Source of the DNA: Trichosphaerium sp. ATCC 40318
Lineage: Eukaryota > Protista > Tubulinea
Reading direction: 5' to 3'
Length of the DNA: 64,000 nt
Assembly: GCA_038496445.1 (NCBI GenBank)
Contig: JALMLS010000050.1
Location: forward strand, 23,046-87,045
This document shows positions 27,594-38,978 of this stretch, one piece after another (position 1 is the first letter of the stretch; each line of letters begins with the position of its first letter). The notes below the pieces were generated by a model. It saw only the letters and a list, made by a program, of their open reading frames with translations. It was not told the origin of the DNA and made no database searches. Position numbers and translations under genes: made by a program.

Positions 27594-28495
27594 TTATTGT
27601 TTTTCAAAAACCAACATGAAATTATTCGCTGGCATTTCCAACTTGTCTACGAACTCCAATCCGTTCTTTTTTGCTTCAGATTGAACTTCTTCTAGATCGC
27701 GTATACCCCACTCTGAATTTCTATAACAAAAATCAATTACTATGACATTGACGTATTGAGGAGAGGATAGTTATTTTTTTCTCTTTCTTTTTTTTTTTTG
27801 ACATACCTTGATTTTAATGATTGATCAAAGCGCTCGTTACTCTCTGTAGTGCACTTCCCACCAATTTTAAATGGACCATAGATAAGTAAGTTACCTTTAG
27901 AGTTCAATGCAGCGCCAACACCACGCATAAGACCCTAAAGAAGCTGAGAAAAACGCAAACAATCGAGAGTAACTTTTTTGTAATCTTTAAAACTATCGTT
28001 TGACGTACTGGTAGCGTTGCCTTTGGCGCGATATGCAGCATGTTAATATTTATAGCGAGATCGAATGTGTTGTTTGGTAATTTCCAGTCTAGGTCTAGTA
28101 CATTCAAAAGAGTGGGCGGAAGTACGTTTTTAAGGCTGTATTTGTCAATGTTCGCTTGTATACTAAACTTTCGTTAATTGTGTTTTTTGTTTACGCCACT
28201 AACCTCTTTACTAATCTGTCTTCAATTTCCGTCGGTTGAAACGTGCAGTTAGTAAACGTCGTTGCAAACTCTCTTTTAAACTTATTAGATTGCCATTAAT
28301 GAGTTCCACACGCACTTAGTATGATATCCAGTGCCACTAGAGACCTCTAAACATTTCTTCGGCTTATCTGACCTAAAAACGTTTGTAAACGCATTCAATT
28401 GGCTCTGGACTCTTCACTTACTTGTTTATAAATGTACCAAGTACTTTAATAACATGTGGACAGTTCTTTATCGATGCTGCGTACGTTGGAATCAT
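27594..28495 (-). CDS. METTL26: Methyltransferase-like protein 26 (DUF938)
   Basis: CLEVSSGTGYH, FQPTE, ININMLHIAP, LLIYGPFKIGGKCTTESNERFDQSLKSRNSEWGIRD, EMPANNFMLVF. Confidence 0.92.
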
Positions 28496-29468
28496 TTTGT
28501 GTTTGAGTGTTAACCGAAAAAGAGATTTGCCACGCAAAAACTTCCGCCAGTTAGTGCGCCTCAAGTCGCTACGCCGAAGATATTTACTGAGGGTATTGTT
28601 GAGGTTCCTTACAACTGATTATCCGAATTTACAATACGTGTGATAGTCCAGTGCGAAGAAATTGAGCGTAAGCTTTTGTGACAATCAGCTATTGACCTCC
28701 TTAAACAGCCGCTGTCAGGACGCAAGCTATCTATTGCAACAAGGCTTTGAGAAACCGCAAGGTAGCTCTTTGCCCCATGTGACATTTCCTTCCGGTGATA
28801 TATACCCCTACTATCTTGAGCCCTATGTTATGAAATTCGCCAAGTTTTTTTGTGACAAATCAGTGATGATAAAGACAATCAGAATTCTTGTAATTGGCGT
28901 ATTATTTCTTGATGACTGACGCAGCCTTCTCGAAACAATAAATCCTGCAAGTATCTTTACATACGCCGTACCGCCAATAAAATACAAAAGCGTTCTACAG
29001 AGTAAAGATGAAAAAAATGAGAATTGTTTACACCATAAACATACAACAAAGCAACATTTAGCACGTAGTACATAAAATACTAGAGTCGTGAAGGCACAGT
29101 CTCCGATAGAAAAGGTTCAAAGCTGATAATCGCAAAATATGCTGCTTTGCTTACTCCACATTTACTTACTTACGGAGTGTATTGTGGGTAAAACTTTACT
29201 ATGTACAATTAGTTGTCAGTAATTAAGCGTAACAAGTGCGCCTTTTAAGTATAAATGAGCACTAAAGGGTATTCGTAGCGAACCATTATGTGTTTTCAAA
29301 GATAGAAAAGCGTCTCGCTTAGTTTTTCTTTACAGGTTGAATTTTGACTCTTGAAGTCCTTTTTTTTTTGTAGTTGTGATTTAAAATATCTGACCTTCAG
29401 ATAGCCATATATAACCACTACACATATTAGGTTATTCAAAAACGCACGTGATACAAATAAAAAGTCAC

Positions 29469-32012
29469 ATGGCTAAGTTAAGAGGTAAAATCGCCTTTCT
29501 ATCGTATCTATAATACATCTCTCGCGAAATAACAAGTCTGTATAGCGTTTTATTTAGTTGTGGCAATTATTTTGCTCACGAGATGTTATGCTGCTCAAGA
29601 CACTTGTAACAGAGAATGCGAAGGTGACTTATGTAATTTAAAGGCTACAGATTGTCCTTGCAGTGTATGCGTTGACACATGTACTGATGACGGCACTACA
29701 GCTGTCTGTGCCTGTGCTTGCCCAGATACTGGAAAAGTACGCAATCTCTTACAACAAACAACTCCGACGGTCTATATGTCTCATTTTATGCAAAGATTCT
29801 GATTGGAGACTTTGTTTTTCGCGATATAGAAGAATCAAATGGGGATCCAGATGGGATACAGAGTAAGATATAAAACTAATACCCGGACAGAACAAACGGA
29901 GCGAACATTGGCTTTTTTTTTTCTTTTTTTCAGAAAGATCTAGAAGTTTTTTGATGTTTTTTTGACGACCACGTGTAGATTTCGAACCTGGTATTCCTGG
30001 AGCTCGTCTTTACTTATACAATAGCGCTAATGTTAGTATTGATTCTAATGTAACTAATTTTGATGGTGAATACTACTTTGAAGTTGATCCAAATACACAA
30101 TACATGGTAATGATAAAAAGCTTTTCAAAATGAGCGAAAAAGATAATAATCACAAATTGAAATTCTCATTTTTTTTACACATAGATATGCGTCAGTGTCA
30201 ATTCAGTATCTTCGCCGAATATAATGGTACGGATATAATTATATGAGTTATTGTATTCTAATATTACAAACGTAGATACCAACTTTACCAAACGTTGGTA
30301 GCGATGGCACGTGTCAAATGAGAGAAATAAAACCAGAAAAAAAAAAAAGACCAATATTAATGTAAAATAGATACTATAGATTCTGATGGTATTCCAGAAC
30401 AACGTGATTTAGGAAATGGCATTGAAGTACGTTTAATAGAAAAATATTATAATCAATAGAGAACTGACTTAGCTTGTTTAATTAGAATGCTACTTGTGCT
30501 ATATTTGTTACACCAGACGCTTCCGTTGTAGTAGGTGGGACAGTTTTTTACGTTGTGTTTATTACTGATACTGTAAAGATTGGTCAATAGATTTCGGCTT
30601 CATACTTGCTCCTGCCGGGTGTGGAGACCGTGTGTGGTTAGATATGGACGAAGATGGATTACAAGGACCAAGCGAAGTCGGAATTCCAGGCGTACAATAG
30701 TTGTTTTTTGAAATGTTGTAAAATTGAATCTATTTCTAGCTTCTAGTATTGCTGATAGATCTCAATACTGGTATAGAGCTCCAAAGAACTGTTACAGATG
30801 AAGATGGATTATACTTGTTTAAGCTTGACGCAAGATCAGAAGTAGCAATATGCGTCGATTTCAAGTACAATCTTTTTTATCAAAGAACTTTCTTCTTTTC
30901 TTCCTATTGACTGTTCGTTAGTGATGCGATGTCCCTCCGTCCGACAATAAATGTGGATGGATTTCCTGAATTAAATTCTGATGGCGCTCTGACGCCATAC
31001 AATGGAGATGTACGGAACTTTGTCGTCAATACTCACCAAAATGACACAAGCTGACTCTTTTTTTTTTAAAGATACTTTCTTGCAATACGAGTAAAGCTGC
31101 ACCAACATATGGCGTGTATAATCTTGACATCGATTTCGGTTTTGTATTTGATGATGGCAGTCCTACGTCTTCACCTACGCAAGGACCTCCAACCAACCCA
31201 CCAACAACTATACCAACACCGCCACCTACAAGCCAACCAACATCAACGGTGGCTCCCCCAACGGCACAACCAACAGCAACCCCAACCGCTGTACCGACTC
31301 CAAACCCAACTTCAATCCCTTCCCAACCACCAACTGCCATACCAACAGCAACACCAACTGCTATACCAACAGCAACGCCAACTGCCGTAACGACTTCAAA
31401 TCCAACTTCAATCCCTTCCCAACCGCCAACTGCCATACCAACAGCAACGCCAACTGCTACGCCGACAGCAACGCCACCAGCAGACCAACCTGTAGCTCCA
31501 CCAACTAATGTGCCAACACCGAATCCAACCGTGCAACCTACAGCTGTAACATTGCCTCCACCGACTAGTCAACCAACAGCAGCTACAACAGCACCAACTC
31601 CACAACCTGTGTCGACTCCAACAGCTTCTCAAACAGCTTCACCTACAGCTGGTACTACAACGCCAGTAGCCACAAATGCCCCTGTTCCTGTTGTCACAGA
31701 CGCACCCCAAACTGCGCAACCTGTGGCTCCTTTTCCATCTAGTAGTTTTGTAACACTTGCGTGTCTTAACTTGGATGCATCTAGCACATGCCAGTACGCC
31801 TAAACCCTTTTTTCTTTCACTGAAAAGAAGTTTTGTAAACCAAACACCTTCGCTGAGTTTGTGTTAGGTGTACTAGAGTTGCATGTGATTGCGACGGAAG
31901 ATTTGGTCCATGTCAATGCACAAGGCCTCCTGGAAATTTCTTGACGTGTATTACAGCTTATTTTGACCAAGATGTATACTTAGGAAGCATTTTTTGTTGT
32001 GCTGGTGCATAA
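29469..32012 (+). CDS. Secreted protein: Cys-rich N-terminus, two SdrD B-like (Cna-B-type) domains, Pro/Thr mucin stalk, Cys-rich C-terminus
   Basis: IGDFVFRD...DGIQ..EPGIPGARLYLYN...TNFDGEYYF...DSDG...IDFGF, then GDRVWLDMDEDGLQGPSEVGIPG...TVTDEDGLYLF...NSDG...DIDFGF; PT-rich ORF 31114-31803; last exon CTRVACDCDGRFGPCQC...FCCAGA*. Confidence 0.85.
31300..31478 (+). repeat. Internal ~96-bp coding duplication in the mucin stalk (NPTSIPSQPPTAIPTATPTA x2)
   Basis: ccaacttcaatcccttcccaacc(a/g)ccaactgccataccaacagcaac occurs twice, 96 bp apart. Confidence 0.8.
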
Positions 32013-32343
32013 GTTTTTTTTTTGAATGCACAAACAAATTGTATTCCAACAAACAAACCAAGAAAAATTTAATAACAATAAAAAACACGTGTTTTAGTAG
32101 TTCACTCACTCCACAATCAATCCACGTTTTTTTTTTTGTGTCACTGAAACTGACAAAAGTCATATTGTTGAATCGTACTACCATTGATGTACGATTCTAT
32201 ATAAACACGTGCGAGTTGGTAATAGAAAATATGGTTTAGACTGCTACAACTTGCATACAAATTTACGTGTTCGTAATATGTGTGCTTATTAGTTAAAGGT
32301 TAGGCTACGCTACCCCTTTTTATTTATTTTGATGCTGACGTTC

Positions 32344-33484
32344 TCATTCTTGTGGTTTCTCAACAACAACGCAGAAGTCACGGTTGTAGTATATGTTTTG
32401 ACCACCTACCTTTGATTCTTTTACAATCTTCAATCCCGCACGGCTTATTAGCGTACGTACAATATCAGGGCTAACAAAATAGAAACCACCTACAGTGTAC
32501 TTGCTTTGTTTCTCAAATCTTGCCCATCCTTGAGGAGCTGTCAAGTTTGCTGTATGTATGAATGCTTTACATCCTAAAAAATGTGTTAACAAGCTTCAAG
32601 TGTGAACGTAAATCGCGTGTATTTGTGTGGTTATTTACGAGTTGACTCGTAAAGCATGTAATGATAAGAGGTACCTGGTTTGAGGACACGTTTTATTTCT
32701 TGAACGTATTTCCAAATTGTGTGTAAATCCACGTGTGGTAGTACATCAAAGCTGTAAATAAAGTCTAAAGAATTGGACATGCTATCAGGTAAACTGCTAC
32801 TTTTTAGTAAATGAAACTCAGCATCTAAACAACAATCAGAAAGCAAAATTCAGTGAACGCAAAAAAAAGCATCATTGAAGTGAAAGAGAAAATAAAAAGG
32901 TCTTGTAAGAGCAAGTGTTCGGAGTCCCCTCTCCTAACACTTTCGAAAGTAATACTGATAAGACCTTTACCATGTCTGTTGTACTTACTTTCATTCTCTT
33001 TGAGGGCTTCTTTGGCTTTTTTGAGCATGCCAGGTGATATGTCAAAACAATGCAATTTTGAAACTTTTTTAACGGTTCTTGACGCTACTCGGCCACCACC
33101 ACTTCCAATTTCAGCAACAACGCTCTCAGGTGTAATATACTCAAACAAGAACGTATCAAGCACTTCTTCAAGAGATTTCAAGTCGGACCATTCATCACCA
33201 ACGTGCTGGAGCTCTCGCTTGCCTGAATACGTTAAATATATACGTTTACGCCTATTGCGCGTACCATTTGGTAAATTGTTGTTCATCTTTTCAACAAAAT
33301 CGGCTTCAGGCTTCCAATCTGCAGCATACGAATCCCTATACGTTTATTTTAGCAACAAGTAACAATCCAAGCGATTAGTTCACCATAGCTTTCTGTTTGT
33401 ATCAAAATTGCTTGATTCTGTGTATACTATAGCTTCAGAAAGTGTTTGTACTAATGAGAGTATTGGATTGTTCTTTTCAGCCAT
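32344..33484 (-). CDS. Class I SAM-dependent methyltransferase
   Basis: Motif I VAEIGSGGGR, LHCFDISPGML, LDFIYSFDVLPHVD...EIKRVLKPG; multi-exon. Confidence 0.88.
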
Positions 33485-33995
33485 GGTTGTAAATGTTTGT
33501 GAAATACAGCTTTGACTCGGATTGAAAATGGAAAAAGCAGATTTAGTTCATCTTTTTTATCGATAATCCGATTCAACTCGTTCGTGAAATAACTTCATTG
33601 CAAAGAAGCTCTAGGTAGCTTTGATAAGGATCATGTCTAAAACTTTAGTTTGCAAACTTTTGGAATAATGCTTCCCCCGTGTAACCCTATGCAAGTAGAT
33701 TGCTTAAAGAAACTCACTTACAAGAGTTGGACTCACTATTGTTAGGGCCTTGAATTTCGCTACTATGAGTGTTTACCGAAGAATTTACCTAGGATGCTGG
33801 CACTAAATCGAAAGACATCCTAACTTATCATTGTGTGCTGCAAGAAAGGCAGTGATCCGCTACCACACGACAGGTATCATTTCAACCTCAACGAGTTATT
33901 TAAACTTCGTAGTTCAGTTTTGGCTCTGTGTTTAGTTTCATGTCTTTATCAAAAAAGTCAATTGTTTTACGCACTGCTTACACGTTTTGTGCACA

Positions 33996-36900
33996 ATGGC
34001 GCTTTGGTATCTCACCGTAGTTGTTATGGTTATACAACTCTCATTATTTGTTTCTTGTTCAACTGAAATACTTGGACAAAATTTAAGATTAGAGCCTCCT
34101 CTTTACATAGGTACGAGGTGGTTAAACTGAAAATACCTACGTCAAAAATTGAAGGTCTTGTTCGAAATACAAAAAAGTTTTCTGCGCACGTGTTTTAACT
34201 GGTGTCACTAGGAGGCGCTATTGTATACGTTGCGGACGAATTTAAACTACTTGTTAAATTGGAAAAAGCTTCACGGAGCGATGTTATCGTTATTATTGAT
34301 GGCAATCACGTGTTTGAAGCGACCAATGGTAGTGCCACTTTTTTTTAACACCCTTTGTTTTAAAAAAGCCGTTTAGATGATTGTAAGTATACAGAGAATG
34401 AAAAAGAATGTCTATTGGATATGAGCAGTATGTTGTCATTGGGTATACACATCATCGCAGTGTACACAAGAGAAAACGATGTAAAAAAGCAAGTTTTCTT
34501 TAAGGTTTTTTTACATTTTTAGGCCTACACGCTACAACATCCCTCTCCTATTACAGTCAACTATACCACACCATCTCAGAACATCATGTAAGAAATTTTT
34601 GTGTGCCTCATGTAGCACTTACATTGCTTTAGGGAACGAACTCACATTGGCTTGAATCATCAAGTCGGTATCTACTATACAACTTTAAATCAGCCTTCCG
34701 CATACGTGACACAAATGGTAACAGAGAAACTACACGTTCTTCAATTGACATGAATAAAAGGTATCTAAATATCTGGGTCACCCTGCATACACTGTTGAAG
34801 ATGTACTACGGTCAGAAGGAAAGCTTAATATGGCTGATGTACTAGAAAAATGGAGTACCAAAATAGACTTTGGATGGCCTCTGAAGGAACTCAACTGGTA
34901 TCAAGACCGACCAGACTTGGTACATGGAATATTTACTACACACGTTCTAATTCTATAAATTTACTTAGGGATACTATTGTTTGTACAGAAAACGTCCTGG
35001 AGAGAAGGTAGTACAAGCCCATTTTTTTCTTTTCAATTTCTTATTTTTCGTAGGGCATAATTCCGGATTGCGAGAACATTACAGAGACTCTTGAGGTTAT
35101 CTTTTTAGTGCACCTTAAAGTCTTATCTTGATTATAGAAACATGCATCTGAACTGACATCTGCTGGCGTGGATTATATTGTCTTCGATGCAACCAATGTA
35201 TGAGATAGTACTTAACACAAACATCTAATAATCCTAGTCTGATCAATGGCCAAGTGACGAGTCAGACGTAAGGTACAGCGTTTTACTTTATTTAAGACCC
35301 CTTTACTCACGATACAAGAACGCTCCGACCTATAGAGGTAGTATTTGAGGAGTGGAAGAAGCTCAGAGATCGTGGAATCAAAACGCCACAGGTACAATAC
35401 ATATTTGTTTCTTGTCTAATGTAAGATAGTTGGCTGTGTGGAACCAAGTATTCAGTATGTACACTAGCTTCGGTTAATTTCCTTCTGTTAAAAAGAGGTA
35501 TAGATGGAGGAACGCTGTGGAAGCAGTTTTTGAGCCGCATTTACAACAATCCTGATTATGAAGATATGATTTGGAAGGATCCTAAAACAGGTTAAAGAAA
35601 ACTATTCTGAACGACTGCTAACACACCAAAAAGGCAAGAAAGTGTTCGTGCTTGTGTGGAGAGAGTTGAATAATATTAATTACACTGCTGTCGACGAGAT
35701 TGCTAAGAATGGAGGTATGTGAAACAGACATTAACAAAATCCTTAGAATTTATCACGTGTAGGTAAAAATGATATTGTAATACTAAAAGCATGGCAAACA
35801 CCAACTTATGACACGAAATGGTTTGAATCCGGACTGTGGACGTACCTTAGCCCTTGTGTTGCTAAAGTACCTTTTGAGCTCTTAACTTTATAACTCAAAT
35901 ATATACTAATGTACTCAATAGAATGGAGAGTTTCTTAACTTTACTACAAGCGTACATCCTGATGTACCTTGCAACCACTTAAAAACAGTAAACAGGTTAG
36001 TACATATTTAACAATCCTGATCTAAGGTTGTTCTGTTTTCGCAGCCCTCTTGGTTCAAGTTGGACAGTCAGTATGCAATTGGCTATTTGTAATATACCTT
36101 TTGCAAGCCCTGGTAAATTAAACGGCTTGTGGTTTAAAAAACAAATGGAAGATGTTTTCAAAAGCCCAGGTACAATTTTTAGTGCAATCTTGTTTTGCGT
36201 TACACTTATTTGTTTTTTCTCTCAAGCGGACCAGTTGTTCATGCCTTCTTGGAATGAGTTCGAAATACGTACCACTAGAAGATATAATACTAGTTCTTAT
36301 ATTGTTGCTTTACATAGGACCTATGACGATGAAACAATGGCTGTTAAATAACACTTATTTCCATGGCATGGTACGTTAAGCAGCTGAGATAAAGTACACT
36401 CCTAAGGGCTTGCCTTGAAATACTCGAAACTTGTGGCTATGTTTACCTAATTGCTGTTTAATAGGGTGCAGATGGAGATGCTAATGGTTACTCGTTCTTT
36501 TTGGACGGTTATGGAAGCGAACGCTCAAGAACTGTAGAGCCAACCGTCACAGTAAACTCAACAAAAACAACATAGTCAATTGCTCAATTCTTTGTTTTTC
36601 AGGACAATGGCAAGTATTATGAATTAATGGCAAGTTGCCTTCGTGTTGCTAGATTAGGAGTGAAAACGTGTAATGTTAAAGGCGGTAAGGATGGTTTTAT
36701 CTTCAAACTACTTACTTTTTTTTTTTCAGAACCTTGTTGCGAAATTGGTCCAGGTGCCACTCAAAGGATTGTGATTGACACTTAACATCCTTAGATAATC
36801 ATTTTGCATCCATATCCAGCCTTGAGCGCATTGATAGGACTGATACTCTATTAACAAACAACGAACAAGAAAAAAATAGGATTCTTTCAAACACGTACAA

Positions 36901-37482
36901 ATAGTGATCCACTTTAAAGTTTAATGTTCCTCACAAGGGACTGGATAGAGAGATGTAATCCTTTCAGTGGCCCTACAGACTTTTGTGCTAATCAAAGCAT
37001 GCCGTGGTATGTAAAGCTCACAATTTTAGTTTTTCTCATAATTTTCTTTAACATAAATTAACAATAACCAAGGCATCCTTGGGACAATTATAACGTTGTT
37101 CGTGGACCGTTCATGATTTATGCAAATACTACGACATCAATGGAACATACTTTACCACTTTACAGGTCCACAAGAAATTACTTAAGCCAGTGAAGACTTA
37201 GAACTGTTTTAGGTGTTTAAGGAGTTCAGGAAAGCATCTTTTTTCTCTTCGTTCTGATTGTGAAGGATACGGTTCTGTAGAGTACACTCTTGGATATATA
37301 TCAGAAGTCAAATCTTCACTGTTTCCGCGAACATTGGAAAGATGTTACAAGTACGTCGTCTTATCATGTTCAAGTACTCTAAAACAAAGTACAGTGCAAA
37401 AAGAGATGAGTTTTATCATGCTGGAGATGAAGCTTGCAGACAGGGCGACGAACTTGATGGAAGTGTTGGGTTTGTAATGTGA
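33996..37482 (+). CDS. Secreted GH99/GH71-like glycoside-hydrolase-fold protein with C-terminal PLYRC/CEG (DUF5648-like) module
   Basis: Signal peptide; PDLGYYC, KHASELTSAGVDYIVFDATN, QLFMPSWNEF, DGYGSERSRTVEP; C-terminal LPLYRCLRSSGKHLFSLRSDCEGYGSVEYTLGYI; more than 20 short introns. Confidence 0.65.
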
Positions 37483-37776
37483 CCTAGAAACTGATCAAAT
37501 ACATTTCCTCATCGTTTCGCACCCGGTTGTTTTAAAGATTTTTCGATGGTTTTTTTGTGGTTGTAGGTTATCACGTGATTCTTGGACGCTTTGATAATTG
37601 AAGCTATCAAAGCAGTTATAGACAATTGATTTAGGTACATAAAAGTAAGATAAAGGGAAATAGAGGTGGCACATGAACGGATTACACTCACGTGGTTAAA
37701 ACACCAAGTATTAATTTGTTGCAGAGTATAACAGACCTGGTTTGTTATGTATTGGTACAGTTTTTGTCCACTTTTA

Positions 37777-38825
37777 TTACAACCTTTTGGGTGTGTCTTT
37801 CTTAAACATGTAACCAGAGAATTGTTTCTCACCTCGTTCATTCCAAGAACTAATCTGACTACGTAATCCATTCTTTATTTTGTAACTTTTCTTCATTTGG
37901 CCATTACTGTACCACTCAGTATACATCTTATCTATAATACCTCTGTTATAAAAACAACATATCTTGGGTTTCCCAGATGCATACCACTCCCTGTACTCTC
38001 CATTAAGTTTACCATTCGAAAAATTTTGTTTTTTAATCAAGGTTCCTTCAATGGACCATTCCTTTGCTTCTCCTTCTAGTTTACCCTTATTATTGTAATT
38101 CTCCTCAAATCGAATGTCATTATGGCGACAACCTTTCCAAGATCCTTGCTTCTTACCATGATGGTAGTAACCCTGACAAACTATACTTTTTCTGAATCCG
38201 TACTCTGTATAAAACCCATGCTTAACACCATTTACACAAGTCACTTCTTCATTACCAATTGTACATAACCCTTCTAACAAACCATTTTTATAAAACAGCT
38301 TCTTTTTAAGACATTTCCATTTATCCCACTCTTTGTACAGTCCTTGTAATACATCATTGTTATAGTTGCAAACTATTTTTTGTTTTGTGTCTTCAAACCA
38401 TTCAGAGTACTTTCCATTGAGTTTGTCGTTGTTGTAATGGCATACCTTTCTACAGTTTCCGTTTTTATACCATTCTTTTATTTCACCATGGCGTGTACCA
38501 CCGCTGTAAATGATTTGACTTTTTAGGTTTGAAGAAGGGCCACTACCACGCTCAGCTGGGTACCAATACGACCAACGTCCTACCTTGCACAAGTCCGCGT
38601 TGTAGTGCGTGAGTTTAGCTGCTGTTTTGGACAGTACGTGGTACTTACAAAATATTATTTTGTCAAGTTCGCAAATATCCTGCTGAAGCTCTGGAGGTAA
38701 GTCTAAAAGCGCAGTAGGCAAATCACCTAATAGTTATTACATAGTGGACGCTTTTATAGTGTAACTATACCGTGTAGGTGTTCGTAGGCTCTTGATTTGC
38801 TTTTGCGGTGGACAGAACGACTCAT
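37777..38825 (-). CDS. F-box-like + MORN-variant (YwqK-type) repeat protein
   Basis: LLDLPPELQQDI N-terminus, then repeats such as HGEIKEWYKNGN, NGKYSEWFED, NGEYREWYASGK. One 44-nt 5' intron (~38727-38770) followed by a ~950-nt exon. Confidence 0.85.
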
Positions 38826-38978
38826 TAGGCTAGGGGCTTGGTGAAATTGTATGATCCTGTGTAAACTAGCGCCCACGTATTGCCACAACTATCTTGTGTT
38901 GCTACGAGCAATTTGTAAAAGTGTACTAACGAACAGAAAACAGAACTTAACCGAGAATTCATTGCGTTTCTCAGGACA

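Noticed and set aside
37777-38825. Bacterial YwqJK toxin-antitoxin module or contaminant
   Set aside because: No toxin partner; it has a spliceosomal-type intron and sits among intron-rich eukaryotic genes.
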